From the NCBI GenBank assembly GCA_965153455.1, contig OZ234493.1, positions 22,248,213 to 22,312,212 of the forward strand: a DNA stretch of 64,000 nucleotides, written 5' to 3'. The translations under genes were made by a program, and so were the position numbers. The notes under the pieces are model-generated. The model was not told the origin of the DNA. It did no database searches and worked only from the letters and a program-made list of their open reading frames with translations. This document shows positions 1 to 13,500 of the stretch, piece after piece. Within the stretch, counting starts at the first letter, position 1. Every line of letters starts with the position of its first letter. Source of the stretch: Sphagnum compactum (taxonomy: Eukaryota).

Positions 1-59
1 CAAACATCTTAATCATCATCATTATTATTACATAAAGTATCGTTAAAAAATTATATTTA

Positions 60-900
60 ATTGAAATATGGACTTCATGGTTTTATTCAATTGGAAAGAA
101 CTTTGATGGAAAATTATTTTTTGTACATATATACATTGATTCACAAATTTTTATAAACAAATTCCAACTAAAAGAAGCCTTTCTTAGTCCTTTTGTTAAA
201 ATAATGATTTTGTGATAAGTAATTTTGTGATAGGTGATTTTGTGCATGTTACAAATGTATTCTAAAAAACTATTACATCATTATTATTTGCACCAATTTT
301 GATGTAACATAATGATAGATTGAGATGTGAGCCACCTTTAATTGCACATTTTGACTATTAATAAACCTTTTCCAATTATGTCCCCAAAAATTTCAAATTT
401 GGTTTACATATTGAAAACTGTAGAGTTGTGACAATTTTTTTGGGTCCATTGTACCATGCAAACACCTTTCATGGGAATGGTTATTTTTTATTGTCACATC
501 TCACTTTCAAAATGAGCCTACTCGCATTCTTGTTTCCCTTTCCCAAACTTTTTGGTATAAACTAATTTGAATTTCTTTCACATTCACATTCCTTAACCTA
601 GTAAAGGTTTTGTTGTCATTTGTAGCATATTGATATGTTTTAATCATCACATGCGCCTTCACAAACCTTGAAAATCTTCAAAGGTTCATAATCAATGATG
701 GAATGCAAAGTTGCTGCCATTATTATCAAATTAATGCCCTCATTTTTTATGAACACAATTACCCAATGTAACAAATCAAATAAAATTTTAAAACAAAGAT
801 TGCAGTTGTATCGCCATGGACTACCCAATTGTCTCATTCACTTTAAACAACCCCATAGTAATATATGCATGGGCACTTAGATGTCACTCAAAACATTAAT
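60..900 (-). mobile_element. Degenerate hAT-like DNA transposase remnant
   Basis: Minus-strand fragments read FDLLHWVIVFIKNEGINL...CEGAC, then YQYATNDNK and TKKFGKGKQE in broken frames. They resemble the (Y/F)VKDEGxNL / CxxH..CQYAT / KKSGKGRQEW blocks of hAT-type transposase relics. Recognised from memory; frameshifted; boundaries approximate. Confidence 0.5.
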
Positions 901-1061
901 AACTAGAACGAAAGTATATGCATCACTACCATAGATTAAAACTAACAAACATTATGGTTGCAAATGCAAAATTTAGCAAAACGTGTTAACCCATGGTTTT
1001 TAAAATTATGATAACAACACTTCTTCCATTAAAAAAGATCAAAAAGCAAATTGAACACAAG

Positions 1062-1850
1062 CACTAGAAGAAATCTTGTCCTTTGCAGTGACTAAATGTT
1101 TTAACCGACTAATAATTGACTACAGTAATAAGATATTATTTCAAATCCTACGTGTAAAAAGTTGTAATCATATATTAGTGATGCATTTGACTAGTAGACA
1201 ATGACATGGTAATAGGAAGGATGATATCATTTTTTACAAGTTTTCATCCATATGACATTCACAATTGATGACAAAATGAAGTGAATGTCCAAAATATCAT
1301 ATGAAAATGTGATTAGGATAAAATCATTTCAAATATAATTAAATAATGACTATGCAAATGACATGGACAAAATGATGTGTCATTACATACATAATATGGT
1401 CATAAAATTACTTTAAAATGATTCAAAAATGATTATTAGTATAAGTTCACACATAAAGAATTATGACATGTAAAGAATTGATTTTAATTAATATTATACA
1501 CATTAGTAACATAATTTTTCTAATTATGTTTTTCTTTAATATACTTGATATATGATGCATTTAAAAATATTTTATATGAATAAATTAATTATTACACATT
1601 GAAATAAATTTTAGTGATAAAAAATGATATTCTAAAAATATTTTCTATATTGTAATTTAAAAATAAAATAGAAATGTAAGATGTGGTAAATATATAATTT
1701 ATTTTTACATTAGATTTTTGTCATCATTTTAAGTAAAATTTTATATAATATATGTATATAAATAAATATTACACAATTATATTATAATATATGTGTAAAA
1801 TTGAATAAAATTTATAATTTCAGAAAACTATTCAATATTTAATATTTAAT
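1062..1850 (+). mobile_element. CACTA-terminated non-autonomous element fragment (copy A)
   Basis: Starts CACTAGAAGAAAT at 1062. About 750 bp align, with divergence, to the reverse complement of 35870-36555, which ends in TAGTG. Confidence 0.65.
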
Positions 1851-3489
1851 ATTATTATTAATTCTATTTAAATTAAATTTATAAATAAAATTAATATGAT
1901 AAATATAAAAAATTATTGTATAGATACTTAGATATTATAATTGATTTACAATTGATTTATAATATTTTAAGTGGATAGATATTATGGATTCATATGTTTA
2001 AATTAAAAGTTATTAATAGAATTATGATATATTGGAAAAAAAATTGTGTAATATAAATTCAGAAATCAAATAAAGGTTTAAGATATGAATTTCATTTATT
2101 CTTGTACTAGTCACCAAGGTTTTTTCATTTACAAATCATGTGTTTGAATTAGTTTTTCCCAAAGAATGGTCATTGAAATATTATTCAATAACATTTCAAA
2201 TGTTTTTCTTTTGAAATGAATTCACATTTTTACATATATATAATAATTTATGTACATTATTGAAGGAAATTTATGAATAAGTTTTAATTTTATCATTTGG
2301 AAAATTTATCAATATTATATGAATCATCAAATTTGAGGTTTTTGTGTAATGTTTAAATGAAGTATGGTGTAAATAAAATATTTGATTTTCTTGAGAACTT
2401 TTATGAACCGATGTTGGCTGCTTATTGGTTTTTTATATAACTGCTGGGTAGGTATTTTTCTGAATGTTTTGGGTAATCACACAGGTTATCAATATCAGCA
2501 TCAATTTTTTTGAATGCCAGGTAAATTATCACAAAAATTTCAGGTAAGAAACATTAGTTATGCATAAGGGTAGGTTCTTAAATAATCACTTATAAAACCT
2601 CAGGATATAAACTGATTATAGGGTTTTTAATTATTATGTTATTATTTTTTGTTAATTTTTTTCTTTGTATTAGCATTTAAAGATTGATAACCTACTTAGG
2701 TGATAATCAGGTCATCCAGGTAGGTAGGTTCTTAGAATTTTGAAAATTCAATACCAGGTAGTTATCAACTTAATCAGTTATCCGAAAAACCAAGAACCAG
2801 CTAGTAAGTTATTAATAACCGACTTGATAACCACGTCAAAACTCAACACCCAGCCAACCGGTATCAACCCTAAGAACCAGAACTTAGGCCAGTTCTATAG
2901 CAATTAAAATTAATAATCTCCTGATTATCGGCAGAAGTGATTTTTTTCATTGTGCCAAAATGTGAAAAACAATATTCTTTGTATTTTCTGAAAAAAATCT
3001 TCAAATTTGGGGAGGGGAAAAAAAGAAGAAATTTGGCTATTTACTTGAACCATTTATAGAAATATGGCAGCCTTTCTTAAATTTTGGTCAAAATATGGCT
3101 ATTGAAAATTTCACAAAACTCATGAGTTTAGCACTTTTTAAAAAATAATTAGATATAACATTTTGGCTGAATATAGCCCGAAAAGAAATGGCTGCTTATA
3201 TATATGTACACTCAAGGTTTTGTCCCTCTCCGCCTTGAGGTGTCCGCGGGGTAACGACTGCTGCGTGAACGGACTGTGTGCTTGCGATTTGCGCGAGGTG
3301 AGGCGGACCTCAGTCTCGCGTGCAGGGAAAAAAAGGATCGGAGGAATTGAAGACGAAGACGAGAAACGGGATTGAAATCGAGAGAGAAACTGATATGCAT
3401 GGGCGGGTCGGATGATCGAAGATACCGAGACGGGAGCGAGGGAGGGACGGCGGAGGGGAGGAGGTGGAGAAGGAACAATAGCGGGCCCA

Positions 3490-4155
3490 AAATGCACTTT
3501 AAATAGGCTGTAGGCACATTTGCATCGCATAACAATGGCCGATTGCTGTTGCTGATTTCACTCTCCTCGCTGCTGCTGCTGCTGCTGCTGCATGCACAAT
3601 AGAGCAAAAGTACGTGCCAAAGTACGTGCCTGATGAATGTGTTGTATAGCGATGCGACGAGACAGAATCGTTGCAATTTGAATAGTTAAGGTTCTGGCTG
3701 GAATGGCGGCGGCTGTCAGCAACAATGCTAACGGCCTTCACAGCTTGCAAGATCTCAACAACGAGACTGCAGTGGATTTGGTAAGACCTTTTTTCTCTGC
3801 GTTCTTTTGTTGATGTTGTTGCTGCAATGAAGAAACAAGAGGGGACGCAAAAGGCACGTTAGATAGCCTGTAAGGCATGTAATTGCATCGCATACAATGG
3901 CCGATCTTGCTGTTGCTGTTTTACTCTCGCTGCTGCTGCATGCGTAATAGAGTAACAGTGAGTGCGTGATGAGTGTGTGCTGTATAGCGACGAGACAGAG
4001 GAGTTGCAATTGGAATTACGGCTCTGGCTGGAATGGCGACTGTCAATAACCATGCTAACGGCCTTCACAACTTACAAGATCTCAACAACGAGACTGTGGA
4101 TTTGGTAAGATCTTTTTTTCTGCGTTCTTTTATGTATGTTTTCTGCTGCAATGAA
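3490..4155 (+). repeat. Tandem duplication (~330-360 bp unit) covering the H+-ATPase leader, first coding exon and donor site
   Basis: 3490-3830 and 3850-4155 share gcatcgcata(a)caatggccga, (gct)n, ctggctggaATGGCG...gatctcaacaacgagact...gtggatttg|gtaaga..ttttt.tctgcgttctttt. Confidence 0.92.
3703..3780 (+). CDS. Alternative (upstream duplicate) first coding exon of the H+-ATPase, [26 protein letters not shown]
   Basis: ATG at 3703, 26 open codons, and a phase-0 GTAAGA donor at 3781 that is compatible with exon 2 at 4572. Whether it is used is unknown. Confidence 0.55.
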
Positions 4156-7100
4156 ATAGTGAATGATTTGGAGACTTTGCTTAAAGCACTACATCCCCGT
4201 TTGCAACTTCTTTGCCGCTACCGGAGCTTTTCCCGTTCACGTCCTGTTCCGGTGTGAGGGAATCGACGATGAGTGGAGCAAACGGCGTATGCTGGCTCAT
4301 CTCTCACGTATCATGTCGTTCAGTTTTTTGTGAACCTCAGTCGTCGTGACCGTGAGAAATGTCGGGGAAAACAGTAGAAACATGAGAGAGACGAAAGAAA
4401 CGAAGGGACAGTAGAAGAAACGCCGGCTGCCTTGAGCTCAAAGATCCAACACAACATAATAGCAAATAGAAAGAGAGTCCATGCCCGAGGAAGCGATGAG
4501 AGAAGGGAGAGGGGATTCAAGTGTCCATGTCGTGCGGTGTTGTATCAACCTTCGCTTGTGAATGGGAGCAGGAAAACGTTGCAATCGAGGAGGTGTTTGC
4601 ACAGCTGAGATGCACGAAGGAGGGTCTCACAACAGATGAGGGAAACAACCGGCTTGCCATCTTTGGCTCTAACAAGCTTCAGGAGAAAACGGTACCTGGT
4701 CTACAATTATTCCTTTATCCTTTTTCTTTTTTTAGAGACATGAACATTCAGCTGGCCAGAATCATCATCCAGAAACTCCGGAGATACAATATTTTTTCCT
4801 TGTAATTTCACCACGTTGTGAATAAGTTTTCATAAGAGATGCGTTGAATCGCTCACAGACTACTGCAGGTTTCAGGTGTTTTAAGAAGCCTAGCAATTGC
4901 AACTATGTTCTTATGTTTGAAAAAATTCCAGAAAAAGCTTCCAAGAACGCTTTGTCCATGACCCATCTGTATTCCAAAATTTTGGAATCAGAAGTACTTC
5001 ACAGTCCCATTTATGGTAACTGTTTCATGTTGATGCTGCGCATGGGCTAAGATGCTATTGGTAGAGGCACACATGTTGATTGATTTCTCTGAATCTCTAA
5101 TGTTAAATCTTGGTCTTTCTTTTTTCTTAAGTGGATTAATTTTCTTTTCTCTTCCTATTTGGATTTTTTTGAGGAAACTTTTCCTTGAGAAGACTGTTTG
5201 CATCAGGATTATGTGCTGAGATTCTTGGCTAGTGTTCACTTCTGTTGTGCAGGAAAACAAGGTTCTCAAGTTTCTGGGTTTTATGTGGAACCCATTGTCA
5301 TGGGTTATGGAGGCTGCTGCATTGATGGCTATTGTGTTGGCCAATGGACAAGTACTATGCTGATCTATTTCCTTTTGTTGCTTCCAGCTTTGCTTGCTGT
5401 TGGTACATTTGTGTTTCACCCAGTTGTCTTCTTTGTTTTGGGTCTGATTATGCTTTCATATGAAATATACCTGCAGGGTATGCCACCAGATTGGGAAGAT
5501 TTTCTGGGTATTCTAGTCTTGCTGCTTGTGAACTCTACTATAAGTTTTCTTGAAGAGAACAATGCTGGCAATGCTGCCGCAGCCCTCATGGCTCATCTCG
5601 CACCTAAGACCAAGGTCTGTCAACGCATACTAATTTGATCTCCCAATGATGTTGTCCCTTCTCCAGCAACATCTCCAGAAACCTCCCTAGGGCCTAAATT
5701 ATGTGGACAAGTTCTTTGGCTTATGTGATGAATTGTTTCAACTTGATGAAGGTTTTCATGCTTGAAAAGTGACAGTGTGTCATCAAAGTCTAGCGGTCTT
5801 CTCCCACACCATGGCAGTGAAACTTATTCTACTCTTTGCTGTCAGGTTCTCCGTGATGGGAAATGGTCTGAGCAGGATGCTGTGATCCTGGTGCCAGGAG
5901 ATGTCATCAGTATAAAATTGGGTGACATCATCCCTGCTGATGCTCGCCTTCTTGATGGAGATCCTTTGAAAATCGACCAGGTGCTACACAACTCTTTGTA
6001 ATGAGTGAAAACTTTTCAGGATGGAACATTTCTGCTTGTGTGTACAGCTGAGTTCTTGAATTAAGTCTGATAAATTAGGATGAGGAAACTGGTAATTGCC
6101 TGCTAAAGACTCATTGAAATTTGAAATATACTGAACAGCATGTTATACAACTCTGTTATAATTCTGGCAGTTCCTCCAAGCTCCTGAATAAATATTCTAG
6201 AGGAAAGACAAAGATTGTAAGTTTTCTCACATAATATGGCTTGCCCATTGTCTTTTGTTGACCAGTCTGCACTGACTGGGGAGTCAATGCCAGTTACAAA
6301 GAAGCCAGGAGATGAGGTGTTCTCTGGATCTACATGTAAGCAAGGCGAGATTGAAGCTGTTGTCATTGCCACTGGTGTGCACACCTTTTTTGGAAAGGCT
6401 GCTCACTTGGTGGACTCCACGAACAATGTTGGCCATTTCCAAAAGGTTCTCTCACTGTCTGTGTGTCTTCTTATCATTGTTTTTATCTGCATTGGCATGC
6501 TCCCCCGTCTCTGTATGGCTTCCGTTTCTTCTATCTTGGACATGTGAAGCATGATGATCAAGATTTTATGGGTTTTTGCAGGTTCTTACAGCAATTGGTA
6601 ATTTCTGCATCATTTCAATTGCCATAGGCATCATTGTTGAAATTCTTGTCATGTACCCCATCCAACATCGCCCATACCGTGAGGGGATCAACAACCTCTT
6701 GGTGTTACTCATTGGTGGCATCCCTATTGCCATGCCCACAGTTCTGTCTGTCACCATGGCCATTGGTTCCCATCAACTCTCCCAGCAGGTTCTTCATTTT
6801 ATTCCTCTGGGCTTTGTCACACGATTACATACTTACCTTTGTCATTCCATCAGGTTGATGCATATGTATGGACAAGGGCATCTAGGCCTTGCTGATTCCA
6901 GGGTTGCTGTTGTTCAAGTGATCATGAAACTCTTTGATTGAATGCAGGGTGCTATTACAAAGCGCATGACTGCCATTGAGGAGATGGCTGGAATGGATGT
7001 GCTTTGCAGTGACAAGACAGGAACACTTACCTTGAACAAGCTGACAGTTGACAATAACCTTATTGAGGTATGCAAAAGCTGAGAGTGGAATATTGCTCCC

Positions 7101-10100
7101 TGTATCTGAAGTGCAAAGGCATTTTCTTGTAAGTTCATGTTCCAAGTTAAGCACAGTACTGAGGCAGGCTGTTCTCTTCACCCACATCTCCAGAAGTGAA
7201 TATTTTGTGAGTCCTCTGAGTGTTTCCAGTGTTTGCTTACGTTTTCTGAGCTCAGTTGTGGCAATGGATTGCAGGTATTTGCCAGGGGTGTTGACAAGGA
7301 TTTGGTGTGCTTGCTAGCAGCTAGAGCATCCAGGCTTGAAAATCAGGATGCTATTGATGCAGCCATTGTTGGAATCCTGGCTGATCCCAAAGAGGTAAGA
7401 GGTTGACCTTTCTCAGTAGAACAGTAGCTAGAGAGAGGGAACTGGGTGACCTTTAGTTATCTCTGCAGTGAAATGTATCATTAAAGTTCATGTATGTTTG
7501 ATGATTTGCAGGCACGTGCAAACATAACAGAGATTCATTTCCTGCCATTCAACCCAGTAGAAAAGAGGACAGCTCTGACTTATATTGATGGTTCTGATGG
7601 AAAATGGTATCGTGCAAGTAAAGGTGCTCCTGAGCAGGTGCTGCTATGTCTCCTATGCCAATTGAAGTTCCATCTTTGAACTGTTTTACATCAACATCCA
7701 AACTCACTTTCTTTGGTAAACCTTTTCATGGTTTCCACACAGAAAAAGATAGTTCTGCTGTTCACTGGACAAAGCCTTCTTCTATACAGGTTTTGATGTA
7801 CTATTGTTTTGGGTGCACACCTGCCATACAGTTGACTATCACATGATACTCTGTCCACATCACCTTTTCTGAATTGGAGGTTAGGTGTGATGATTTGTTA
7901 GATTGAGACAAGGTGGTCACAGGATGTGCAGTGAAGTAAATTTCTGTAGGTGAATTGTGAAGTGTCTCATATACCAGTTATTTCCAAGCTGTGCTATGTT
8001 GTGTAGCTAGTAAAAGCCTTGGCTTCAAAGAGAAAACCCCTTTTTGAGTTTGGATTTCCTCATTTGATCCTTACAGACAATCACTTAACAATTACTTTAT
8101 GGATTTGCAGATATTGGATTTGGCTGTCAACAAAGTAGAGATTGCTGCAAGCGTACATTCAGTGATTGACAAATTTGCAGAGCGAGGACTTCGATCCTTA
8201 GCTGTTGCCAGGCAGGCAAGTGCTCTGGATGACCCATGATGTTCTCAGCCTAATGATTTCCATGATAAAGTTTGTGACTTTCTGCTCCATGGTATTCAAC
8301 TCTCTGGGGCTGCACAAGGGGCACTGCTCATGTTTTAAGCTGTACCACTTTGTCTGCAATTAATAGGCAGATAAAAAATTGATGGTGCTCTTCCAGCTTT
8401 AGCTCAAGAGAAAGTGAGAGAGGAGAGGCCAATTTGATGCTATATAGAGGGTGTAGCTCATGCCATATGGAGCAATGTTTAGTCTAGATAGAGTATGTTG
8501 TAATTCATTCATCAATTTGATTGGTTGGAAGTATTGTTGTCAATACATATAAGGATATCTTTGAATTGAACTACCCTTCCTGGAAACAGAAGTTTTTTCA
8601 GGATTTAATGTGGTGTAGTTGTAAACAATGCAGGAAGTTCCAGAGCGAAACAAAGAAAGTGCAGGAGGTCCTTGGGAATTCTGTGGGTTGTTACCACTCT
8701 TTGATCCACCTCGCCATGACAGTGCTGAGACTATTCGCCGTGCCCTCAACCTCGGGGTGAATGTCAAAATGATCACAGGTACCTGGGAAAGCCTTTGATG
8801 TAAATATTCCCTGTTATGCTAGTGGGCCTATATTTGTATGTGCTGTGAAGTTGGAAGGGATTGGTTGCTGCAGCTTTGTGCAAGTCTGTCAAACTTAGTA
8901 TGGGTAACCTTAACTATGAATAAACTGTGACCATATAAACTCATGGTGTGAAGCAACTACTTGACAGGTGACCAACTGGCAATTGGAAAGGAAACAGGCC
9001 GTCGTCTGGGAATGGGTAGCAACATGTACCCCTCATCATCTCTGCTGGGACAGCACAAAGATGAAAGTCTTGCTGCCTTGCCTATTGATGAGCTCATTGA
9101 GAAGGCAGATGGTTTTGCTGGTGTCTTTCCAGGTTATTATCTTTTTTAAGATTGACCTTTGGTTTTTGAGCCAGTTGGTGTGCATGTGCATGCTACATGT
9201 CCTTTGTGTCAATGGGGTGGTTTCTTCTATTTCTGGATGTGATGTCGATTTGTTCCACACAAATTTTTCAAAAATTCTTAAGTGAGCTGCTGATGTTCAT
9301 TAATGTCAGGCAGGTGGGGTTATAACCAAGTTGGTCTCTTAATTGTGAAGCAGGACATTCATATTCCTTTCTTTTTACTAGCCCCAGTCAGGCAGGCCTG
9401 ATTAGTAATGAGTGGAAAGATAGACATACAGGATGCAGCAATTCCAGCATGTTGCTGATATGATATTAGACTACAAGATCTCTTGTTGCAGAACCCCATC
9501 CAATTTCAGGAGGTGAAAACTCTTTTGATAACAACTTAAGATATTTCTGTTACTATATGTGCAGAGCATAAGTACGAGATTGTGAAGCGTTTGCAAGACA
9601 GGAAGCATATTTGTGGAATGACAGGTGATGGTGTAAATGATGCCCCAGCACTGAAGAAAGCCGACATAGGCATCGCAGTTGCAGATGCTACCGATGCTGC
9701 ACGGAGTGCTTCAGACATTGTGCTCACTGAGCCAGGCCTCAGTGTCATTATTAGTGCTGTGCTAACAAGTCGTGCCATCTTCCAGCGAATGAAGAACTAC
9801 ACGGTAAATGAACAATTCCCATCAGCTAAAATCAAATGTGTCAAGACAACGCTAGCTTCCACCATAATTCTTAAGCAGCAGATCTGTGACTAAGCAGCTA
9901 TGATGGGTGGGTTGAACTTTGCCCGCAGATCTATGCTGTTTCTATAACTATCCGTATTGTGGTAAGTACAAACAACAGAGCTCAGAGGAATGACCTCAAT
10001 TTGGTAATGCTTCTCTGAATACATAGGGGAGTTACAGTGGCAGTAATGTCATTGTAAGTTCCATCTCCCTGTTTTTTCTCTACACCTGTACTTTTATTGT

Positions 10101-12062
10101 GCATCTCTGCTGCTCTTAGCAAGTGGTGCTATAGAACAATACTACTGTAGCCATGCTATATGTCAAATGTGCTTCCTGGTGAGATGACACAATTGTTGGG
10201 TTTCAGCTAGGATTTTTGCTGCTGGCATTGATTTGGAAATTTGACTTTTCTCCCTTCATGGTGCTCGTCATTGCCATCCTTAATGACGGTATGTTTCCAT
10301 CTACAGCAAGGATTATCATTTTCAGAATTCTACTGATTGCTCCAGTACAGAGATGCTACCCCATGTGGGGCCATTCATAGCCAAATATTGTTTGATGAAA
10401 CTCTGGAGGTTGAACATTAGTTGGACACAGTTAATTCTTGCCTTAAACAATCATCAATCTCTTCTGCACACAGGTACTATTATGACCATTTCAAAAGATC
10501 GAGTAAAACCTTCTCCATTGCCAGATCGCTGGAAGCTGAAAGAGATTTTTGCAACTGGGATAGTCCTTGGTGCCTATCTCGCCATGATGACAGTCATATT
10601 CTTCTGGGCCATACATAAAACAGACTTCTTCTCAGTATGAAAACTGTTTCTAGACACTCCCACCATTTTTTGATCACAGAGAGCATGCAATGGGTAGTTA
10701 ATGTTCACTGCTTTATTTCCCAGAAGAAGTTTTTTCCTGGTTCACATGGATATTCTGTAGTTGCATTTTGATGTGAATTCCACTGGAGGGTGGATGCAGT
10801 CACACTTTCATGTACATCCGATAGGAGGCAACCTCAAGGACGAGACATCTGCTGTCTACTTGCAAGTCAGCATTGTTAGTCAGGCCCTCATTTTTGTGAC
10901 CCGATCCCGCAGTTGGTCATTTGTTGAGCGACCTGGCCTCCTGCTTATGAGTGCTTTTGTTATTGCCCAACTGGTAGGTCATTCTCATCTGTTGACCTGC
11001 ATTTTTTCTTGGTTGGAGATCTGTCAGAGGTCAGAGGCGATTGTTGTTCTTTTCCATGTAGACTGAACATGTTTCCCCCCTTCAGCAGATACTGTTATGA
11101 TATCTGATGAGTGCCATTTGGAATAGAACTGCAGATAGCAACATTCCTTGCTGTGTATGCAAATTGGGGATTCGCCCAAGTCCAAGGCATTGGATGGGGA
11201 TGGGCGGGAGTCATTTGGCTTTACAGTCTTATTTTCTACCTCCCCCTTGATCCCATCAAGTTTGCGATTCGCTACATCCTGAGTGGGAAGGCATGGGACA
11301 ATATGCTAGATAGCAAGGTAACATCTCCTCCTCTGAAAGTGTTGCCAGATTAGACATGCTTTGCACTAATATAACCAGAATCATCCATGGAGTTCCATGC
11401 AAGAATCATTTGTGCAGAAACTAGCAGTGTCTGGCAAGCATTTTATGTCCACCAGTGCAGAGAACAAAACTATTTAAGAATGAATTCTGAAGTTCAAGTG
11501 TATGCGGTATCATTGGTGCAGACTGCCTTTACAAGGCAAAAGAATTTTGGCAAGGAAGCACGTGAGGCACAGTGGGCCACAGCACAACGAACTTTGCATG
11601 GTCTCCATCCACCTGAATTCAGGGAATCGAGTGCTCTTGCTGGTTCCAAGGAGACTCTCGGTGGTATGGCTGATCAAGCTAAGAGACGTGCTGAGATTGC
11701 CAGGTCCACTCAACACCTCTTGCAATTTTTCAGCTGCAGTTTATGAACATGTGCTTTCCCTACAGCCCTTTATTGTTAAAAGATGCAACAGCACAAATGA
11801 ATCTGTAGCATGTGAGGATGGTACATTGATGCTCTTTGACCTGCTTTGCTATGATGTCTTTACGTTGCAGGCAATGTCCTTAGCACAGTATGCAACGCAT
11901 TAGGTGGCAGGTAATGTTTGCTATGGTGTATAGTTTACATAGCTGATGTGATTGAGTGGTTGCAGGTTGCGAGAAGTGCTCACCTTGAAGGGCCATGTAG
12001 AGTCAGTGGTGCGCTTGAAGGGCTTGGATATCAACACAATTCAACAGTGCTACACTGTCTGA
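4033..12062 (+). CDS. AHA: Plasma-membrane P3A-type H+-ATPase, 21 coding exons, ~960 aa
   Basis: Exons 4033-4104, 4572-4691, 5253-5351, 5477-5614, 5846-5980, 6266-6445, 6582-6788, 6948-7067, 7275-7394, 7512-7637, 8111-8215, 8634-8778, 8968-9132, 9565-9803, 9929-9961, 10207-10288, 10474-10634, 10800-10973, 11135-11317, 11522-11703, 11966-12062 sum to 2883 nt in frame. Motifs: [19 protein letters not shown] (phospho-Asp), [19 protein letters not shown], and a C-terminal YTV 14-3-3 site. Confidence 0.98.
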
Positions 12063-13274
12063 GGGGTTGGGCATCTTTCTTGTGTTGTTCCTTTGCTTGC
12101 ACTCAGCTGGTTTAGAAAGCTGGACACAGAGTACCATGTTTCTTTCAGACATGGCATTATGTACATAGCCAAGTGACATTATGTAGTTAGCTTTGGGAGA
12201 ACAGATGAACATGCTGAAAATTGTGAGAGTTTTAAGAGGTGGAGTTGCAGTTTGGGGTAGCATAGGTGCTCAATAACAGAAGGAACATATTGACAAGCTT
12301 GCAATCGGTTATTGTTATTCTTCTGGCTAATGTTCATGTGACTTGCAAAATGTGAAGGCCATCTGATTCTTCCAAGATGTAACAAGGGGATTGCAAGGGC
12401 TGATTATTTCGTCAATTGTTGTTGAAGAAAAGAAGAAACCCCTGTCAAAATCAGGCTTGAAGAAGTTGTGGAAGAAGGAAAACAGTTCGGGAAACCTGTA
12501 AGCAACACACAAGTTGTGATTGAGAGGGAGGTCCAAGGAGAGAAGATAGACCACCTTAGATCATGGTCCTTTGGTTGTGGATTTCTATCAACATACTCAA
12601 TGTCCCCTTACTCCCTTGTCAGAGCTCATAGTGCTTTATGAACCCAATCAAGATATGGAAATGATGCTTAACAAACAATTATCAACTTCATCGACAAAAC
12701 TCCTATTAAATCTTCTACTACCCAAATTCTCCCATGAAATAAACAATGTTCGGAGCTCCCAAAGATTAAAATACTCGACCCTCCCCATGAATGATCAAGA
12801 CATGACTCAAGTATATCAACCTTGAGTAGAGAAATCCACAATTGACCAGCCGAAGAATCAATCCTCTAGAGCTTCTCATCCCCTCCATTGTTTATCCTTA
12901 AAAGACTCTCCATAAACTAACCTTCTGCTTCCCAACAGCGCAACAAAAATCTTGGAAACAAAACATAATATCAACAACCAATTTTCGGGCATTCAACAAC
13001 CCAAAATCCGCAAACTCCAAACAAAAGATCCTGCAACAAAAACAACGATTACCATAATCCCAAAAGAAAAGAAAAATCAGAAGAGCATGCTTAGTTTAGA
13101 GCAATGTTGCCCTTTTGTAGTCCTGCCTCCTCATCTTGCTCCATCACTCATGCAATTCTCATCCACACAGAAGAAAAATAAACAACTTAGTGCTAGTTCC
13201 TAACCTTTTTGCACTTCCTTCACACCATGGTTATTGTCTGTCAAAATGCTTTCAAATCACAAGCACTCCTATGA

Positions 13275-13500
13275 ATGATAAAAGACAAGATAGCAGATGA
13301 TTTTTCAATGCCTGTACACAAAGATGGTAAGTATTCCATTCACACAATGACCCTAAAATTTTGTCATCCATATTTCGGTGTTACACTCTTCTTTCGATTT
13401 TATGTTCATTTTATAAGTAGAGAATGTCCATGGATTTTTGAGAGAGTTCAAGTTGTCACTATCTTGCAACATGCAATTGGAGCACTAGGAAAGGCTTTTT
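13275..13500 (+). mobile_element. Possible 3' remnant of a non-LTR retrotransposon (restriction-like endonuclease end)
   Basis: DDFSMP...CHPYF...RECPWIFERVQVVTILQHAIGALG loosely resembles the DDFIPLAIE..GC.H / RQRVSIALQRAQA.IL ending of CRE/SLACS-like elements. Recalled similarity only. Confidence 0.35.

Noticed and set aside
3138..4068. Minus-strand ORFs of 69-154 aa upstream of the ATPase
   Set aside because: Antisense to the GC-rich promoter and duplicated leader; low-complexity translations with no recognisable motifs.
12330..13200. Possible pseudogene fragment downstream of the ATPase
   Set aside because: Short ORFs only, with no recognisable family motif or consistent splice pattern.
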